DNA of 64,000 bases. Origin: a virus. Below the pieces are notes generated by a model. That model was not told where the DNA came from. It worked only from the letters and a program-made list of their open reading frames with translations, and ran no database searches. The translations under genes were made by a program, and so were the position numbers. Location: the IMG/VR virus record IMGVR_UViG_3300045988_163643, positions 96,001 to 160,000 of that record; one strand, given 5' to 3'. Positions 37,567 through 49,900 of this stretch are shown piece after piece. Position 1 is the first letter of the stretch; each line of letters begins with the position of its first letter.

Positions 37567-37983
37567 TAACATATTATAAATATAATATAAAGCTTCGTAT
37601 ATACAGAAATGTGTATAGGACACAACTTTAATTGCAGGTAATCCCTAAAGCCTTACACCAAAACGGAAGGTGAAAACCTAAACGGCAATGGTACGAAAGT
37701 AGAAAAAACGTAAGGATGACATATGGTTAAATCCTAAGTGTTATAAATGATAATTTATATTATTATTTAAAATGGGTGTTCATGCAGGTAAGATTCTAAG
37801 TGATAATTTATCATATGAATAAACTTCAACGACTAGATAGGAATATCGTACACTCAAGCGAGTGGAAGTGGGTTGCCCTTAACAGGTAATGCTGAAGGTG
37901 AAGAAATAGTCTACTCTCATGTGAAAGCATGAGCAGTTCATAAGAGAACGTACATAATGTAGCGAATTATGTAGAATATAAGG
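37567..37983 (+). mobile_element. group I intron, family 1, ORF-less (417 nt)
   Basis: core blocks AATTGCAGG, CCTAAAGCC, CAACGACTAG, AATAGTCT; helix CCTTAC/GTAAGG; a TAA immediately upstream of exon 3 fixes the 3' junction. Confidence 0.8.
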
Positions 37984-38242
37984 TTATACTGCAGAAGGTA
38001 CTTTTAGAACTACTTCATTAGCTGGAGACCAATACAAAAAAATAAAATTCTATAACTTAAAAGCACAAGTTTCAGCTGACTTAACTTTATCTGCTTCTGA
38101 TGTTTCTGAATTCTCATTAAAATTAGATATAATGGCAGATGATACTGGTAAAATATTAGATATAGAAAACACTGCTGGTGGTATATCTGCTGGATTTAAT
38201 GAACCAGAAGTTGTTTCTATAAAAACTAAAGCTGATAAATAA
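37984..38242 (+). CDS. major tail protein, exon 3 of 3
   Basis: open frame to TAA 38240-38242; the three exons total 552 nt (183 aa). Confidence 0.6.
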
Positions 38243-38263
38243 TTAAATATATACTTGATAAAT

Positions 38264-38299
38264 GGTGAGAGATAACTATTATCTCTTACCATTTTTTTT
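38264..38299 (+). terminator. rho-independent terminator after the major tail gene
   Basis: 11-bp stem GGTGAGAGATA/TATCTCTTACC followed by T8. Confidence 0.8.
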
Positions 38300-38345
38300 A
38301 TGCCCTAATAGTCTTATTTTAGATATGTAAAATAAAAAGAAGGAG

Positions 38346-38900
38346 ATGATTTTTGTGGATAGATTAGCATTCACAAGCGATTTAATCGCAGACGATATAA
38401 GATGTAAATTAAAAGTTATAAGTAAAGAGGATGGTGAACCTAGCTATATAACTGTATGGAATATAAAAGGAGAAAGAAGACAAGAAGTATTAAATGAATT
38501 AAATACTATTATGGAATTACATAATGAAGATGATGAAAAATTATTTAATATGTTTTATACTAACCTTATCTTAGAATTTACTGATTTAGTAATGGATACT
38601 GATGATGTATTATTTTTATTAAATGATAGCACATTAGCTGGAAAAATGTTAATGCAAGAATTTAGTGATATGATATATGAAATACAATATGAAATAGCTA
38701 TGGATAACTTACAACAAACTAGAAATTTAGCTATGGCTTTAATAACTCAAACTGCAATAGATGAAATGAATTATGCACAAGAAAGAGTAGACCGTGCTAA
38801 AGATAAAAGAGATAAAAATATTTTTATAGATTTAGAAAAAGAAAAAAGAGAAAAACATCTTGCCTGTAAAAGAAAAGGAAATAAAAAATATAAAAAATAG
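38346..38900 (+). CDS. putative tail assembly chaperone
   Basis: between the major tail and tape measure genes; the start may be GTG 38355 on SD spacing. Confidence 0.45.
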   Translation: MIFVDRLAFTSDLIADDIRCKLKVISKEDGEPSYITVWNIKGERRQEVLNELNTIMELHNEDDEKLFNMFYTNLILEFTDLVMDTDDVLFLLNDSTLAGKMLMQEFSDMIYEIQYEIAMDNLQQTRNLAMALITQTAIDEMNYAQERVDRAKDKRDKNIFIDLEKEKREKHLACKRKGNKKYKK

Positions 38901-38903
38901 GAT

Positions 38904-39329
38904 GTGATTGAATTGGTTTTTGATTCAATGGGACAACTAGAAGCATATGTATTAAGGGCAATGGATGATTGTGCTAAATTAAGTGCAGAAAAAATGTTAG
39001 ATATAATGACAGAAGAATTAGAAAATAGAGTTTATGATAATTATTTACCTAATATATATGTAAGAACAGGTGATTTGATGAATACACCTCAAATAATTTC
39101 TGCTAATTCAACTGGAATGCATACAGAATTTGTAGATAATGGTGGTTGGTTTAGTTTAGTAGGTGCAACAAAAGGGCAACATTTCTTTGCATTAGAAGGA
39201 TTAGAAGGTGGTCATTCTTGGGGAAGAGAAGCAACGAATGTTTACCCATTTGCTTACACTAGATGTCTTTCTGAGATACCAGATTATTATAGAAGTTGTT
39301 TAGTAGCATTTGGGATACCAATAGTTTAA
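38904..39329 (+). CDS. hypothetical tail-module protein, in frame with the upstream ORF across a single TAG
   Basis: GTG 38904 lies 3 nt after TAG 38898-38900 in the same frame; no recognisable SD upstream. Confidence 0.4.
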   Translation: MIELVFDSMGQLEAYVLRAMDDCAKLSAEKMLDIMTEELENRVYDNYLPNIYVRTGDLMNTPQIISANSTGMHTEFVDNGGWFSLVGATKGQHFFALEGLEGGHSWGREATNVYPFAYTRCLSEIPDYYRSCLVAFGIPIV

Positions 39330-39363
39330 TCAATCTATTAATAAGAAAGAGTGGTGGTAATTA

Positions 39364-39972
39364 GTGAACGAGATTGAAAAAATATATAAATTATATGTTC
39401 ACATTTCCCCTAGTGGTAAAAGATATTATGGAATAACTTGTACTAAAGTTGAACAAAGATGGGGTTGTGATGGACAAAGATATAATAGACAACCATATTT
39501 TTGGAATGCTATACAAAAATATGGTTGGGATAATTTTGTTCATGAAGTTTTATTTGATGATTTAACAAAACATGAAGCTTGTATATTAGAACAATGTTAT
39601 ATTGCATTATATGATACTACTAATAGAGAAAAGGGATATAACTGTTCTATAGGAGGAATAGAACATTCACATACTAAAGAAACAAAAGAAAAAATTAAAA
39701 AATCTATAAGTGGTGAAAATAATGGTATGTATGGTAAACATCATTCAGATGGAGCTAAAGAAAAAATGAGACAAAAAAAGAAAGATATATATTTAGGAAA
39801 TAAAAATCCTAATGCTAAAAAAATAAGATGTATTGAATTAAACAAAGTATTTGATACTGTTAAAGATGCTTTAGAATTTATTAATAGAACACGTAGTTCT
39901 CTATGTGATGCGATGAAACGTAATGGTAAATGTGGTGGCTATCATTGGGAATACGTGGAGGAGGTGAATTAA
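39364..39972 (+). CDS. free-standing GIY-YIG homing endonuclease
   Basis: IYKLYVHISPSGKRYYGIT (GIY-YIG-type), NUMOD3-like HTKETKEKI / KHHSDGAKEKM, C-terminal HTH-like IRCIELNKVFDTVKDALEF...GGYHWEYV. Confidence 0.75.
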   Translation: MNEIEKIYKLYVHISPSGKRYYGITCTKVEQRWGCDGQRYNRQPYFWNAIQKYGWDNFVHEVLFDDLTKHEACILEQCYIALYDTTNREKGYNCSIGGIEHSHTKETKEKIKKSISGENNGMYGKHHSDGAKEKMRQKKKDIYLGNKNPNAKKIRCIELNKVFDTVKDALEFINRTRSSLCDAMKRNGKCGGYHWEYVEEVN

Positions 39973-39973
39973 T

Positions 39974-42900
39974 TTGAGTCAATTTGATATAAGAATTGGT
40001 ACGCAACTAGATACTAGTAAAGCGTTACAAGAATTAATGGAATTTGTCAAAAAATATGACAATAAAGAAAAGATAAATATAGACATAGGTCAATCAAAAG
40101 GTGCTAATAATGTAAAGAATACAACTAAAGCTATGAAAGAAATGCAAAAAATAGCTAAGGCATTAGGAAATACAAAGATTGACGTAGGTAGTAACATAGG
40201 TAAAGCAACCAATGAAGCTACTAAATCATTAGAAAATAGCATAGACAAACAAGCAAAATCTATTGCTAAAATAACTAGTGGTGCACAAAGAGATTTAACT
40301 AAAGATGCTCAAAAGGGTATTGAAAATAGTCTTAAAGGTATTACTACAGAAATGAAAAATACCCAAAGAAATGTTGACAAGATGATTGGTACTCTTGAAC
40401 GAGCTAAGAAGGTTGAGTTAATAGACCAAAAAGGTTTAGATGAAGGATTAGCTAAATTAAAAGATATGAAAGCTAACCTTAGAATAGACAATGTTGGTGA
40501 TGTAGAGAAAAAATTAGGCGAAGTAGCAAATGACTATAAAAGATTAATGTCAGATGCAACTAAAGAAGCATTTAATAATGTTGAAGTATCAGGATTATTA
40601 GAGGATTTAAAAGTTGTTAGAGAAGCTATGTCAGCTAAAAACATGGACTTAACTGGTGTTGATACTTTAATTTCTAAAGCTAAACAACTTACTTCTTTAA
40701 GTGTTGACCAAATGTTAAAACAATACAAAGAGTTAAGACAAGTATTTAGTAAAGAATTAAAGATACCATTAGGTTTAAATGGTGTAATGAATGCTGAAAC
40801 TGCAATTAAAAATGTTTTAGATTATAAAAACAAATTAACTGCTAAAATTTCAGTTGAAACAAATTCAGAGCAAGTAGATATTTTAAGAGATAAAATAGTA
40901 AGATGTGATGAAGTTGTTAAACAACTTGAAGGAGACTTAAATTTAGTAGGTAGAAGTACAGCATTAAACTTAATGGAACAATCCAATGAAAGAGAATTAG
41001 ATACATTAAGTGCTAAGTTAAAGAGATGTAAGAATGATTATGCTAACTTAGAAAAAGAAAGACAAAGATTAAATAGAGATAGTAGATACATTGGAACAGA
41101 AGATTTAAGTAATATAGAAAAACAATCATTAGCTATAAAGAAAGCTCTTGATAGTTTAAATGTTGGAAATTTAAATACAGATAAAATAAATAAAGTTACT
41201 GGCGATATAAATAATTTAAGAAAAACAATAGAATTAACTGGTAATTCAGCTAAAAAATTAGATATAGAAGCGACAGTTAAAGTAGATATGAAAACTGCTC
41301 AAGACCAATTAAATGGTATGTATTCTGCTTTAATAAAATCTAATAAATCCACTGTAATGGTTAAAAAATATAAAGATGAATTAGAAGGATTGTTTGATTT
41401 ATCTAAGGCTAATCCAGGTATAGCATTAGACAAAATAAGTGGTTTTATAGAAAAAGTAAATAAAGAAGCAAGTAATAAAGGTTTAGGCAAAATAACTGGT
41501 GGATTAGACCAATATAAACAATATTTAAAAGATTATGAAACATTAGTTAAAAAAGCTAGTGGCACTACAGATATTGGTTTTGCAAAAGCTTACAAATCAG
41601 AAGTTACACAAATAGAAAAGGCATTAGACCAATTAGAAAGTGGATTTAACCAAACTCAAAAATCTATGGCTAAAGCCTTGAGATTAGAATCACTTAATAA
41701 GAACACTCAAGAGTTTACTAATCAAGTTGAAAAATCTATTAAGAAAACTCAAGAATATAAAAAAGAGTTACAAACTCTTAATAAAGATGTAAATTTTGAT
41801 GGTCTTACTTCTAAATTAGGTCAAAAAGTCAAAGAAGAATTTGACGGAATGATTAATAAAACTAATCAATTAGAAAAAAGACTTAATAATATGTTGTCAT
41901 CTGGTAATGTAAATACTACTGAATTATCTAAATTAAAATCAGAACTTGAAAGTACTTTTTCTGGACTTTCTAAACTTAAAGATACTAGTATAAAAATTAA
42001 AACTGATGAAACTATATCAGGACTTAATAAAATCAAAAAAGATTTAGAATCATTAGGTCAAGATACTAGTCAAATAGAAAGAGTTATTAATGCATTAAAA
42101 GAACTTAAAGCTAATTTCAATGGTGGTACAGCAGGTTATAAAGAATTAGCTAATGGAATAAAGGCTATTGGAAAAGATAATAACTTAGAAAAACTAAATA
42201 GTTCTTTAGAAAAATCAACTAAAAAATTTAATAACTTAGCTAAAGTTGTCGGAGAACTAAAAGTTAAAAATATAGGTAATATAGACCAAGGTGCTTTTCA
42301 ATCTTTAGATAGTCAAGTTGCACGAATACAATCTCATATAGAAGGTTTAAATAAAAACGACATATCTTTAATAGATGTTAAAAAAGTTGAAGCAGAAGTA
42401 AATGAATTAAGCAACTGTGTAGAAAAAATGAGTAGTGAATTGACTCAGTATAGCAGATACTTAGAAGAATATAAAAGATTATCTAGTCAAGCAGGTAAAA
42501 CAAACGATGTTAATTTAGCTACAAAATATCAACAAGAAGCAGAAGGTATAAAAGGTGTATTAACTCAATTAGAGAGTGAATTTACACAAGCTCAAAAATC
42601 TATTGCTCAAGGATTAAAAACCGATGCTTTCTCTAATGCTAATGAAAAAATGTCTTCTGAAATTAATAAAACAATTAATACAGTTGATGGTCTTAAAGAA
42701 AAACTTAATACATTAGATAAAGATGTACATTTTGAAAATATGACATCTGAATTAGGTAAAGAATTAAATAGTCAATTTAATACTTTAGCTAACAAAGGTG
42801 AAGAATTAAAAGATAAATTAAGTAAAATATTAGCATCTGATAATGTAGATATTTCTGCTTTAAGTAAAATTAAAAAAGAAATAAATGAGTTTGCAAGTGA

Positions 42901-45089
42901 AGTTAATAATTTAAAAAATTCTGCAATGGATAATGTTATTAGAGAATCTTTTGATAACATTAAAATACCTAATTTAAATAAACAACTAGAAGCAGTTAAA
43001 GATTTAATGTCACTTAAAAATATGGATACTAGTGGTATAGATGCCTTAATAGAAAGAACTAAAAAACTATCAAGCTTAAGCGTAGATAAAATAGGTCAAG
43101 AATTTAAGGAAATACAAAATGCACTTGGTAAAGAAATTAATTTACGTTTAGGTACTAGTGGTATTAAAGATATAGAATCTGCATTAAAAGTCATATTACA
43201 ATATAGAAATGAATTAAAAAATAAAATAGCAATTGAAACAGATTCATCAAAAGTAAAAGACCTTAATAGTCAATTAGAAAAAACTGAAAGCATAATAGAA
43301 AAACTTAAAGGTCAAACTAGTGGTGGACTTGGTGCAAGTTTAATTAGTGATGCCAACAATAATAACTTAAAACAATTAGAAGATACTGCTAATGGATTAA
43401 AGAAAACATTCTCTAATTTGGAAAGTGAAGTAAATAAATTAAACAACGAAGCATTGAATAAGGTTGATATAAGTCAATTAAGAGAAATGAATGAAGTTGT
43501 TAATGATGTAAAGAGAAATTTGGCATCTATCGGAGAAGGAAATGTTAATGTTGATTCAATAAATAAAACAGCACAAGACATAGAAAAATTAAAGAGATTA
43601 ATAGAAAATACTAAAAAAACAATTAGTGATATGAAATTAGAAGTTTCATTTAATATTAAATCAAATGAAGCAGAACAATATTTAGCAGGTTTTGAATCAG
43701 CTTTATTGAGGTTAGGTAAATCAACTAGTGGAATAAATGCTTTAAAGAGTGAATTTGAAAGTATAAAAAATTCAGCTAATGGAAATTTAAGTAGTGCCAT
43801 AAAAATGATTGATGACTTTATTAATAAATTGAAACAAATGGGTAGCAAACAAGGTTTAGGTAATATAAGTGGTACTATGTCTCAGTACAAACAATATACT
43901 AGAGAATTACAACAAGCCATGAGTGGGGCGTTAAAATCTAGTGGTTCTGATACGGCTAAAGGATTCGAACAACAAGCCGAACGAATAAAAAGTGCCATAA
44001 AACGTTTAGTTTCAAGTTTCAAAGAATCACAAAGAGAATCAGCTAATGCTTTTAATGGTAGTACATTTAGTAATTTCTCTTCTAAATATGAAGCTGAAAT
44101 AAACAAAGTTGAAAGAAGTATAAATAAATTTAAATCATCAATGCAAAACTTAGATAAAGCTGTAAACTTCAAAGGTTTTCAAACTGATTTAGGAAGAGGT
44201 TTATCTGAACAATTTGACCAAATAATGGCAAAAGCTGAACAATTAAGAGATAGACTAAAAAGTGCATTATCATCTGGTACTTTTGATATAAGTGAAATAA
44301 ATAAAATAAAAGATGAATTAAAACAAGTTGAGCAAGAGGCAGATTCATTAAAACAAAAATCTATAGTATTAAAATGTGCTGAAAGTATAACAGAATTAGA
44401 AAGACTTAGCAGTAAGATAAAAGATATAGGTGGAGACACATCAAAAATAGAAGAATTAAAAAATAAATTTGTTACACTTGGTACAGGTATAAGAGAAGGT
44501 ACTACTGGAATAGATGATGCAATTTCTAAAATGAAATCTTTATCTTCGGAAGCACAAAGAACTGCTAGTTCTTTTGAATCAACTGCTGGTAAAATAGGTT
44601 CTTTTGGTTCTAAAATACAAGGTTTCTTTAGTTCTATAAAGAATTCATTTAGTACTTTTACTATTGGTAATTTAATGGCTGATGGTATAAGCCGAGCTGT
44701 TTATGAAATAAAAGATACTATAACAGGTTTAGATGAAGCAATGTCTGATTTTAAAAGAGTTGCTCCTGATAACTTTAGTTTAAATACATCTAATTTACAA
44801 AGTGTTGCTAACGAAGCAAGAGAAATAGGTATTAGTGTTGGACAATCAGTAGAAGATGTTATTACTGGAATGAGTACTGCATTACAAGCAGGTGCAGGCG
44901 ATATTAAAACTGCTTCTGAAATAGCAAAAAGTTCTGCAATATTCCAAAATGTTACAGATATGTCAGCAAAAAGTGCTTCAAAAGCTGTTTCTTCAATGAT
45001 AAATCAATATTATGATATGGATTCAGCATTAAATCAAGTTGACCACGGTGTAGGTAAATCCGTAAAAGGATACAACAACTTAACAGAGG
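39974..45089 (+). CDS. tape measure protein, exon 1 of 5
   Basis: TTG start after GGAGGAGGTG; coiled-coil-rich with about three long internal duplications; the ORF-track tail 45090-45112 is intron read-through. Confidence 0.75.
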
Positions 45090-45303
45090 TAACATACAGC
45101 CTCCTATATTAAGTAATTAGTATAGAAAATTTCTTTAATTGCTGGAAACTCCTAAAGCCTTACAAACTACAACGTAGAGTTAAAACTCAAGCGTGAATGT
45201 GGCGAAAGCAGAAAAAATTGTAAGGATTACCCAAGGTTAAATCCTAAAGGTGAATGAATGGACAATCAGCAGGTAAGATTCTAAATTAAATTATTTTAAA
45301 TAT

Positions 45304-45332
45304 TTGACTTTTAATAATAAAATGAGTATAAT
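45304..45332 (+). promoter_or_regulatory. phage-consensus promoter inside the intron
   Basis: TTGACT 45304-45309, 17-nt spacer, TATAAT 45327-45332. Confidence 0.55.
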
Positions 45333-45355
45333 ATAAGTAAAGTGAGGTGATTAAA

Positions 45356-46252
45356 ATGGGAAGAAAATGGGATTATGAAAAAGTTAAAGAATATATAGAA
45401 AATTTTAAATATAAATTATTAAGTGAGGAATACAAAAATAATAAAATTAAATTATTAATTAAATGTGATAAAGGACATGTATTTAAATGTTCATTTCATA
45501 ATTTTAAAGATAGAGACTCTAGATGTCCGTATTGTAATGGTAAAAAAATAACATATGATATGGTCAAGTTTTACATTGAATCTTACAATTATAAATTATT
45601 AAATGAAGATTATGTTGATAATTCTACTAAATTGTTAATAGAATGCGATAAAGGGCATACGTTTAAAATGCGATGGAATAATTTTCAACAAGGGCAAAGA
45701 TGTCCTATATGTGATAAAAGTCATAAAAAGAATTATAAAGATGTAAAAATAGAATTAGAAAAAGAAGGTTATGAATTAATATCGAGCAAATATAAGAATA
45801 GTAAAGAAAAATTATTAATCATGTGTCCTAATGGTCATACATATGAAACAAGTTGGAATAATTTTCAAAGAGGAAGAAGATGTCCAATGTGTAATATAAC
45901 AAAAGGAGAAAAAAAGATAAAAGAAATATTAGATAATAATAAAATAGAATATATGTATAATAAAAAATACTTTAAAGATTTAAAAGGAATAAATGGAGGA
46001 TTATTAAGACCAGACTTTGTAATACCATCATTAAGAATATGGATTGAATATGATGGTATACAACATTTTGAACCTAAAGATTTTGCTGGTAAAGGTGAAG
46101 AATGGGCTAAAAAAGAATTCGTTTTAAGAAAAATGAAAGATAAAATAAAAGATGAGTATGCTAAAGAACATGATTGGAAATTAATAAGAATACCTTATTG
46201 GGAATATGATAATATAGAAAACATATTAATAAAAGAATTAAATTTAAAATAA
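45356..46252 (+). CDS. intron-encoded homing endonuclease: 3 zinc-ribbon repeats plus a Vsr/DUF559-like nuclease domain
   Basis: repeats Y..VK.YIE...YKLL.E.Y.....KLLI.C..GH.F......F..G.RCP.C; RPDFVIPSLRIWIEYDGIQHF...WKLIRIPYWE. Confidence 0.7.
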   Translation: MGRKWDYEKVKEYIENFKYKLLSEEYKNNKIKLLIKCDKGHVFKCSFHNFKDRDSRCPYCNGKKITYDMVKFYIESYNYKLLNEDYVDNSTKLLIECDKGHTFKMRWNNFQQGQRCPICDKSHKKNYKDVKIELEKEGYELISSKYKNSKEKLLIMCPNGHTYETSWNNFQRGRRCPMCNITKGEKKIKEILDNNKIEYMYNKKYFKDLKGINGGLLRPDFVIPSLRIWIEYDGIQHFEPKDFAGKGEEWAKKEFVLRKMKDKIKDEYAKEHDWKLIRIPYWEYDNIENILIKELNLK

Positions 46253-46431
46253 TTTAACAAGAATAAACTTCAACGACTAGAACGCAAGTTCGTAGGGTGT
46301 AAGCGATTGACACTCGAAATGGGAAACAATCAAAAACGGGTTGATGATATAGTCTGCTCTCATGGGAAACCATGAGCAGTTTTCATATAAAGAAAACGGA
46401 TTAAGTGTAGCGAACTTAATTGAACAAGAGG

Positions 46432-46578
46432 CAATGGACTTGGTCAATTATGCAGGCAATAATTTTGCGATTTCATCTGATGGTGTAACAGAAGCATTAC
46501 AACGTGGTGGTTCTGTATTATCTAACTATGGAGTAGATTTAAAAGATTCTATCGCAATGATAACTGGGGCAAATGAGT
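46432..46578 (+). CDS. tape measure protein, exon 2 of 5 (147 nt)
   Basis: AMDLVNYAGNNFAISSDGVTEALQRGGSVLSNYGVDLKDSIAMITGANE, part of the conserved TMP core. Confidence 0.7.
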
Positions 46579-46914
46579 TAAATATGGCTCTTTTATATAG
46601 TAATATATAATTAAATTTTCTTGAATTGACAGGGACTCCCTTAGAGCTTTACACACTAACTTATGATAGAAATATACATAAGGGCATTGCTAACCACAAT
46701 GATATAGTAAAAGAGGTAAAGATTGGGAAATCTGCATCTAAGATTCTAAGTTGTGTAAACAATATGAATAAAGTTCAACGACTAAGTATCCTAGTAGTCT
46801 AGGTAGTGGGAAACCTCCTATTGAAGGAGGAAGATATAGTCTCAACGTTTAGTGAAAGCTAAAGAAGTTCATAAGAGAACTGCGTAAGAATAACGAACTT
46901 ATGTGAAGATATTG
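46579..46914 (+). mobile_element. group I intron, family 1, ORF-less (336 nt)
   Basis: P1 GAGT(T)/(G)GCTC; divergent 5' core (AATTGACAGGGACTCCCTTAGAGC); helix CTTTAC/GTAAAG; 3' end near-identical to the intron at 29217-29623. Confidence 0.75.
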
Positions 46915-49900
46915 CATTACAAGACCCCGCTCGTATAGGTAATGGGCTAAAATCTATAGCAATTAACCTTTCAGGTATTAAAACAAATGCCAAAACAGGT
47001 GCTCTTGAATTAAATAAAACAGCAAAAGCATTGCAAGAGACTGCTAAAATAGATATATTTACTGATAGTACTAAAACACAAGTTAAAGATATCGTTAGTA
47101 TAATGGATGAAGTAAAAGATAAATGGTCTTCTTTAACTGATGTTGAACAAAAAGGACTATCAGAAGCTATAGCTGGAAAAACCCAAGCCGGTGTATTCCA
47201 AGCATTAATGACAGGTTGGGAAAGAGTTCGTCAATATCAAAAAGAATACAATGAAGGTTGGATGATAGGTTCAGCTCAAAGAGAAAATGAAGTCTTTATG
47301 GACTCCATTGCTGGTAAATTTAATACTTTAAAAGAAAATCTTAAAGGATTATTAACTAGCAATGTTACAACAGATATGTTTAAAGGACTATTAGATGGTG
47401 CTAATAAAGTAGTAGAAGCAGTAGGAAAAATAAGTTCAAGCTTAGGTAGCATTGGTTCTGCTGGTGCATTAGTAGGTATTTCATCTTTCATAAAAACTTT
47501 ATCAAATTTAGATAAAGTTAAAACAATGGGAAGTGTATTTACTGGATTTGACAAAGTTTTAGGTGGGTTACAAGGTGCATCTGGTATTTCTGGTACAATT
47601 AGTACATTAACAGGTAGCTTTAAAGAATTAGGTGTTGGTGTAACTTTATCTAAAGTAGCATTAGGATTATTTAAAGGTGTACTAATGGGTATTGCATTTA
47701 CTGCTGTTGTTGCAGGAATAAGTGCTTGTGTAAAAGCATGGAACGATTATACTCATGCAACAGAAAACGCAGTAAAGGCTTCTAAAGAAAGACAAGATGG
47801 ATATAGAGATGAAGCACAAACTTTAAGTACTAAAAAATCAAGCCTACAAGAAATAGCTAAAGAATATGATAATTTAAATAATAAATCTGATAAAACTGCT
47901 GAAGATTTAACTAAATTAAATGAATTAAAACAACAAATAGGACAAATAGCTCCTGACCTTGTTAAAGGATATGATTCAGCAGGCAATCCAATATTAAACC
48001 TTACTACTAGTATGCAGGGTTATATAGCTGAATTAAATAAGGCAATTGCTAAACAACAAGAATTATATAACTATGAAACTAAAAAACAAGCACGAGAATA
48101 TATGAAGAAAAATGACACTAAAAATGGAGCTCAAGACCCAGAAAGAAATTCTTATGAAACTGAATTAAATAATCTTCAAAGTGCAAATGATAGAAAAACT
48201 AGAGAAGAAAAAAGATATACTGGTAGCTTAAAAAATATTATTAAAGATAGAAATAAATATAGAGAAGACCAAGAAAAAAGTATTAATGAAAGATTAGAAA
48301 GAATTAGAAATTCACAAACAGAAATTAATAATAGAGATGCTACACTTGAAGATAATTATGTTAATGAATTTAATAAGAAAACTAAATTAGCCGAAAAAGA
48401 ACAAAATAAATTTGCTACCTTTATGAAAGGGTTAAATTGGGGTACTTATGGTGAAGCAGAAGCCAATAGAATGGCTAATGGTTTACAAAAATTATCTGAA
48501 AAGACAGCATTTACAACTCAAGAGATGACAAAAGGATTATCAGGTAGCATGTCAAAAAAAGTTTCAGAAGAAATTTCTAAAGTAAATGCAGAATTCAAAA
48601 AAACAAATGCTATAAATGAATGGGGAAAAGGTTTAAGAAAAATAGCTAATGAAACAGGAAAATTTGATTTTTCAAATTGGAGTAATTACTTATCAGAAGT
48701 CCAAACTCGTTTTGAACAAGGAGTAAGTACTAATGAACAATATACACATTCATTAGGAATTATGGCTGATGCTATGGAAGATTTAACTGGTATAGATTCA
48801 GATGTATTCTTACCAGCTTTAAAAGGTGGAGCAGATTTAGAAGAAGCCTTTAAATCAGCAACTGAAGGTTTAAATGGTTTTATGAGTGCTTATGGTTCTT
48901 CTACTGCAAAATTACAACAAGGTGATTCATTTGCTAAAAAATTAGAATCTCAATTTAAAGAACTTCAAAATTTTGAAACTGAATTTGAAGGTCAATATGA
49001 GATGCAAGGTAAAGTTAGTGTAGATTGGTTAGTAGAACAAAAAGATAATGAAGATTTACCTAAACAATTAAGAACAATAATAGATGCAGTAACAAAAGAT
49101 GGAGAAGTAACAGAAGTAGAAGAAAAATTAGTATTAGCTTGTGAAACAGAAATAAAAGATAAAGGTAAATTACAACAAAGTACAATAGATGCAATAAATC
49201 AAGTAATGGACGGAACTTGGGATGTAAATAAAACTATTGAAATAGGTGGTATGGAATTTACATCATCTGAAATAAAAGAATTAATGTCATTAGCTGACCA
49301 ATTAGGTATATCTTTAGAAGGTTTAAATATTGGTGATACAGGATTAGACGGAGAAAACCAAAAAGCTCAAGCATTAAAAGATACAATAGATTCAATTACA
49401 GATAGAAATATAAAAGTAGCAATAGAAGCTGAAGGATTTGAAAATTCAGACCAAGTTAATAATATAATGTCAGTTGTTGACCAAATAGACGGAAAACAAG
49501 CTAAAGTTGATTTTATAGCAGATGCTTCTCAATATTTTAAGGAAAATGATAGTGTTGAATCAGCAATAAATGCTATGCCTGATGAGATAAAACTTAAATA
49601 TAATATTGGTGTTGAAGGTGATGAAAGACTAGAAGGAATACAAAGTAGACTTGAAAAATTACCAAAAGATATTAGAACTATGGTATATGCTCAAACATAT
49701 GGTGTTGAAAATGTTGAAATGCTAGAAAACATAGTAGATGCTTTTGGTGGAAAAACTGCAACAGCAATATTACAGTTAGATGGTATAGATGAAGCTCTTA
49801 GAAATGCTAGTACATTTGAAGAACAATTAAAAATAATTGGAGATTTTATATGTCAACCTGGAGTAGAAATAGAAGGTAAAGATGACATAATTAAAACAAT

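Larger units (their letters stand above)
45090..46431 (+). mobile_element. group I intron, family 1, carrying a homing endonuclease (1,342 nt)
   Basis: P1 GAGG(T)/(G)CCTC; core blocks; helix CCTTACA/TGTAAGG. Confidence 0.8.

Noticed and set aside
38898-38900. Genome-wide TAG reassignment (alternative genetic code) as the explanation for the in-frame TAG
   Set aside because: Only this one in-frame TAG is needed. All other long genes are uninterrupted under the standard code, so local read-through or coupling is the simpler reading.
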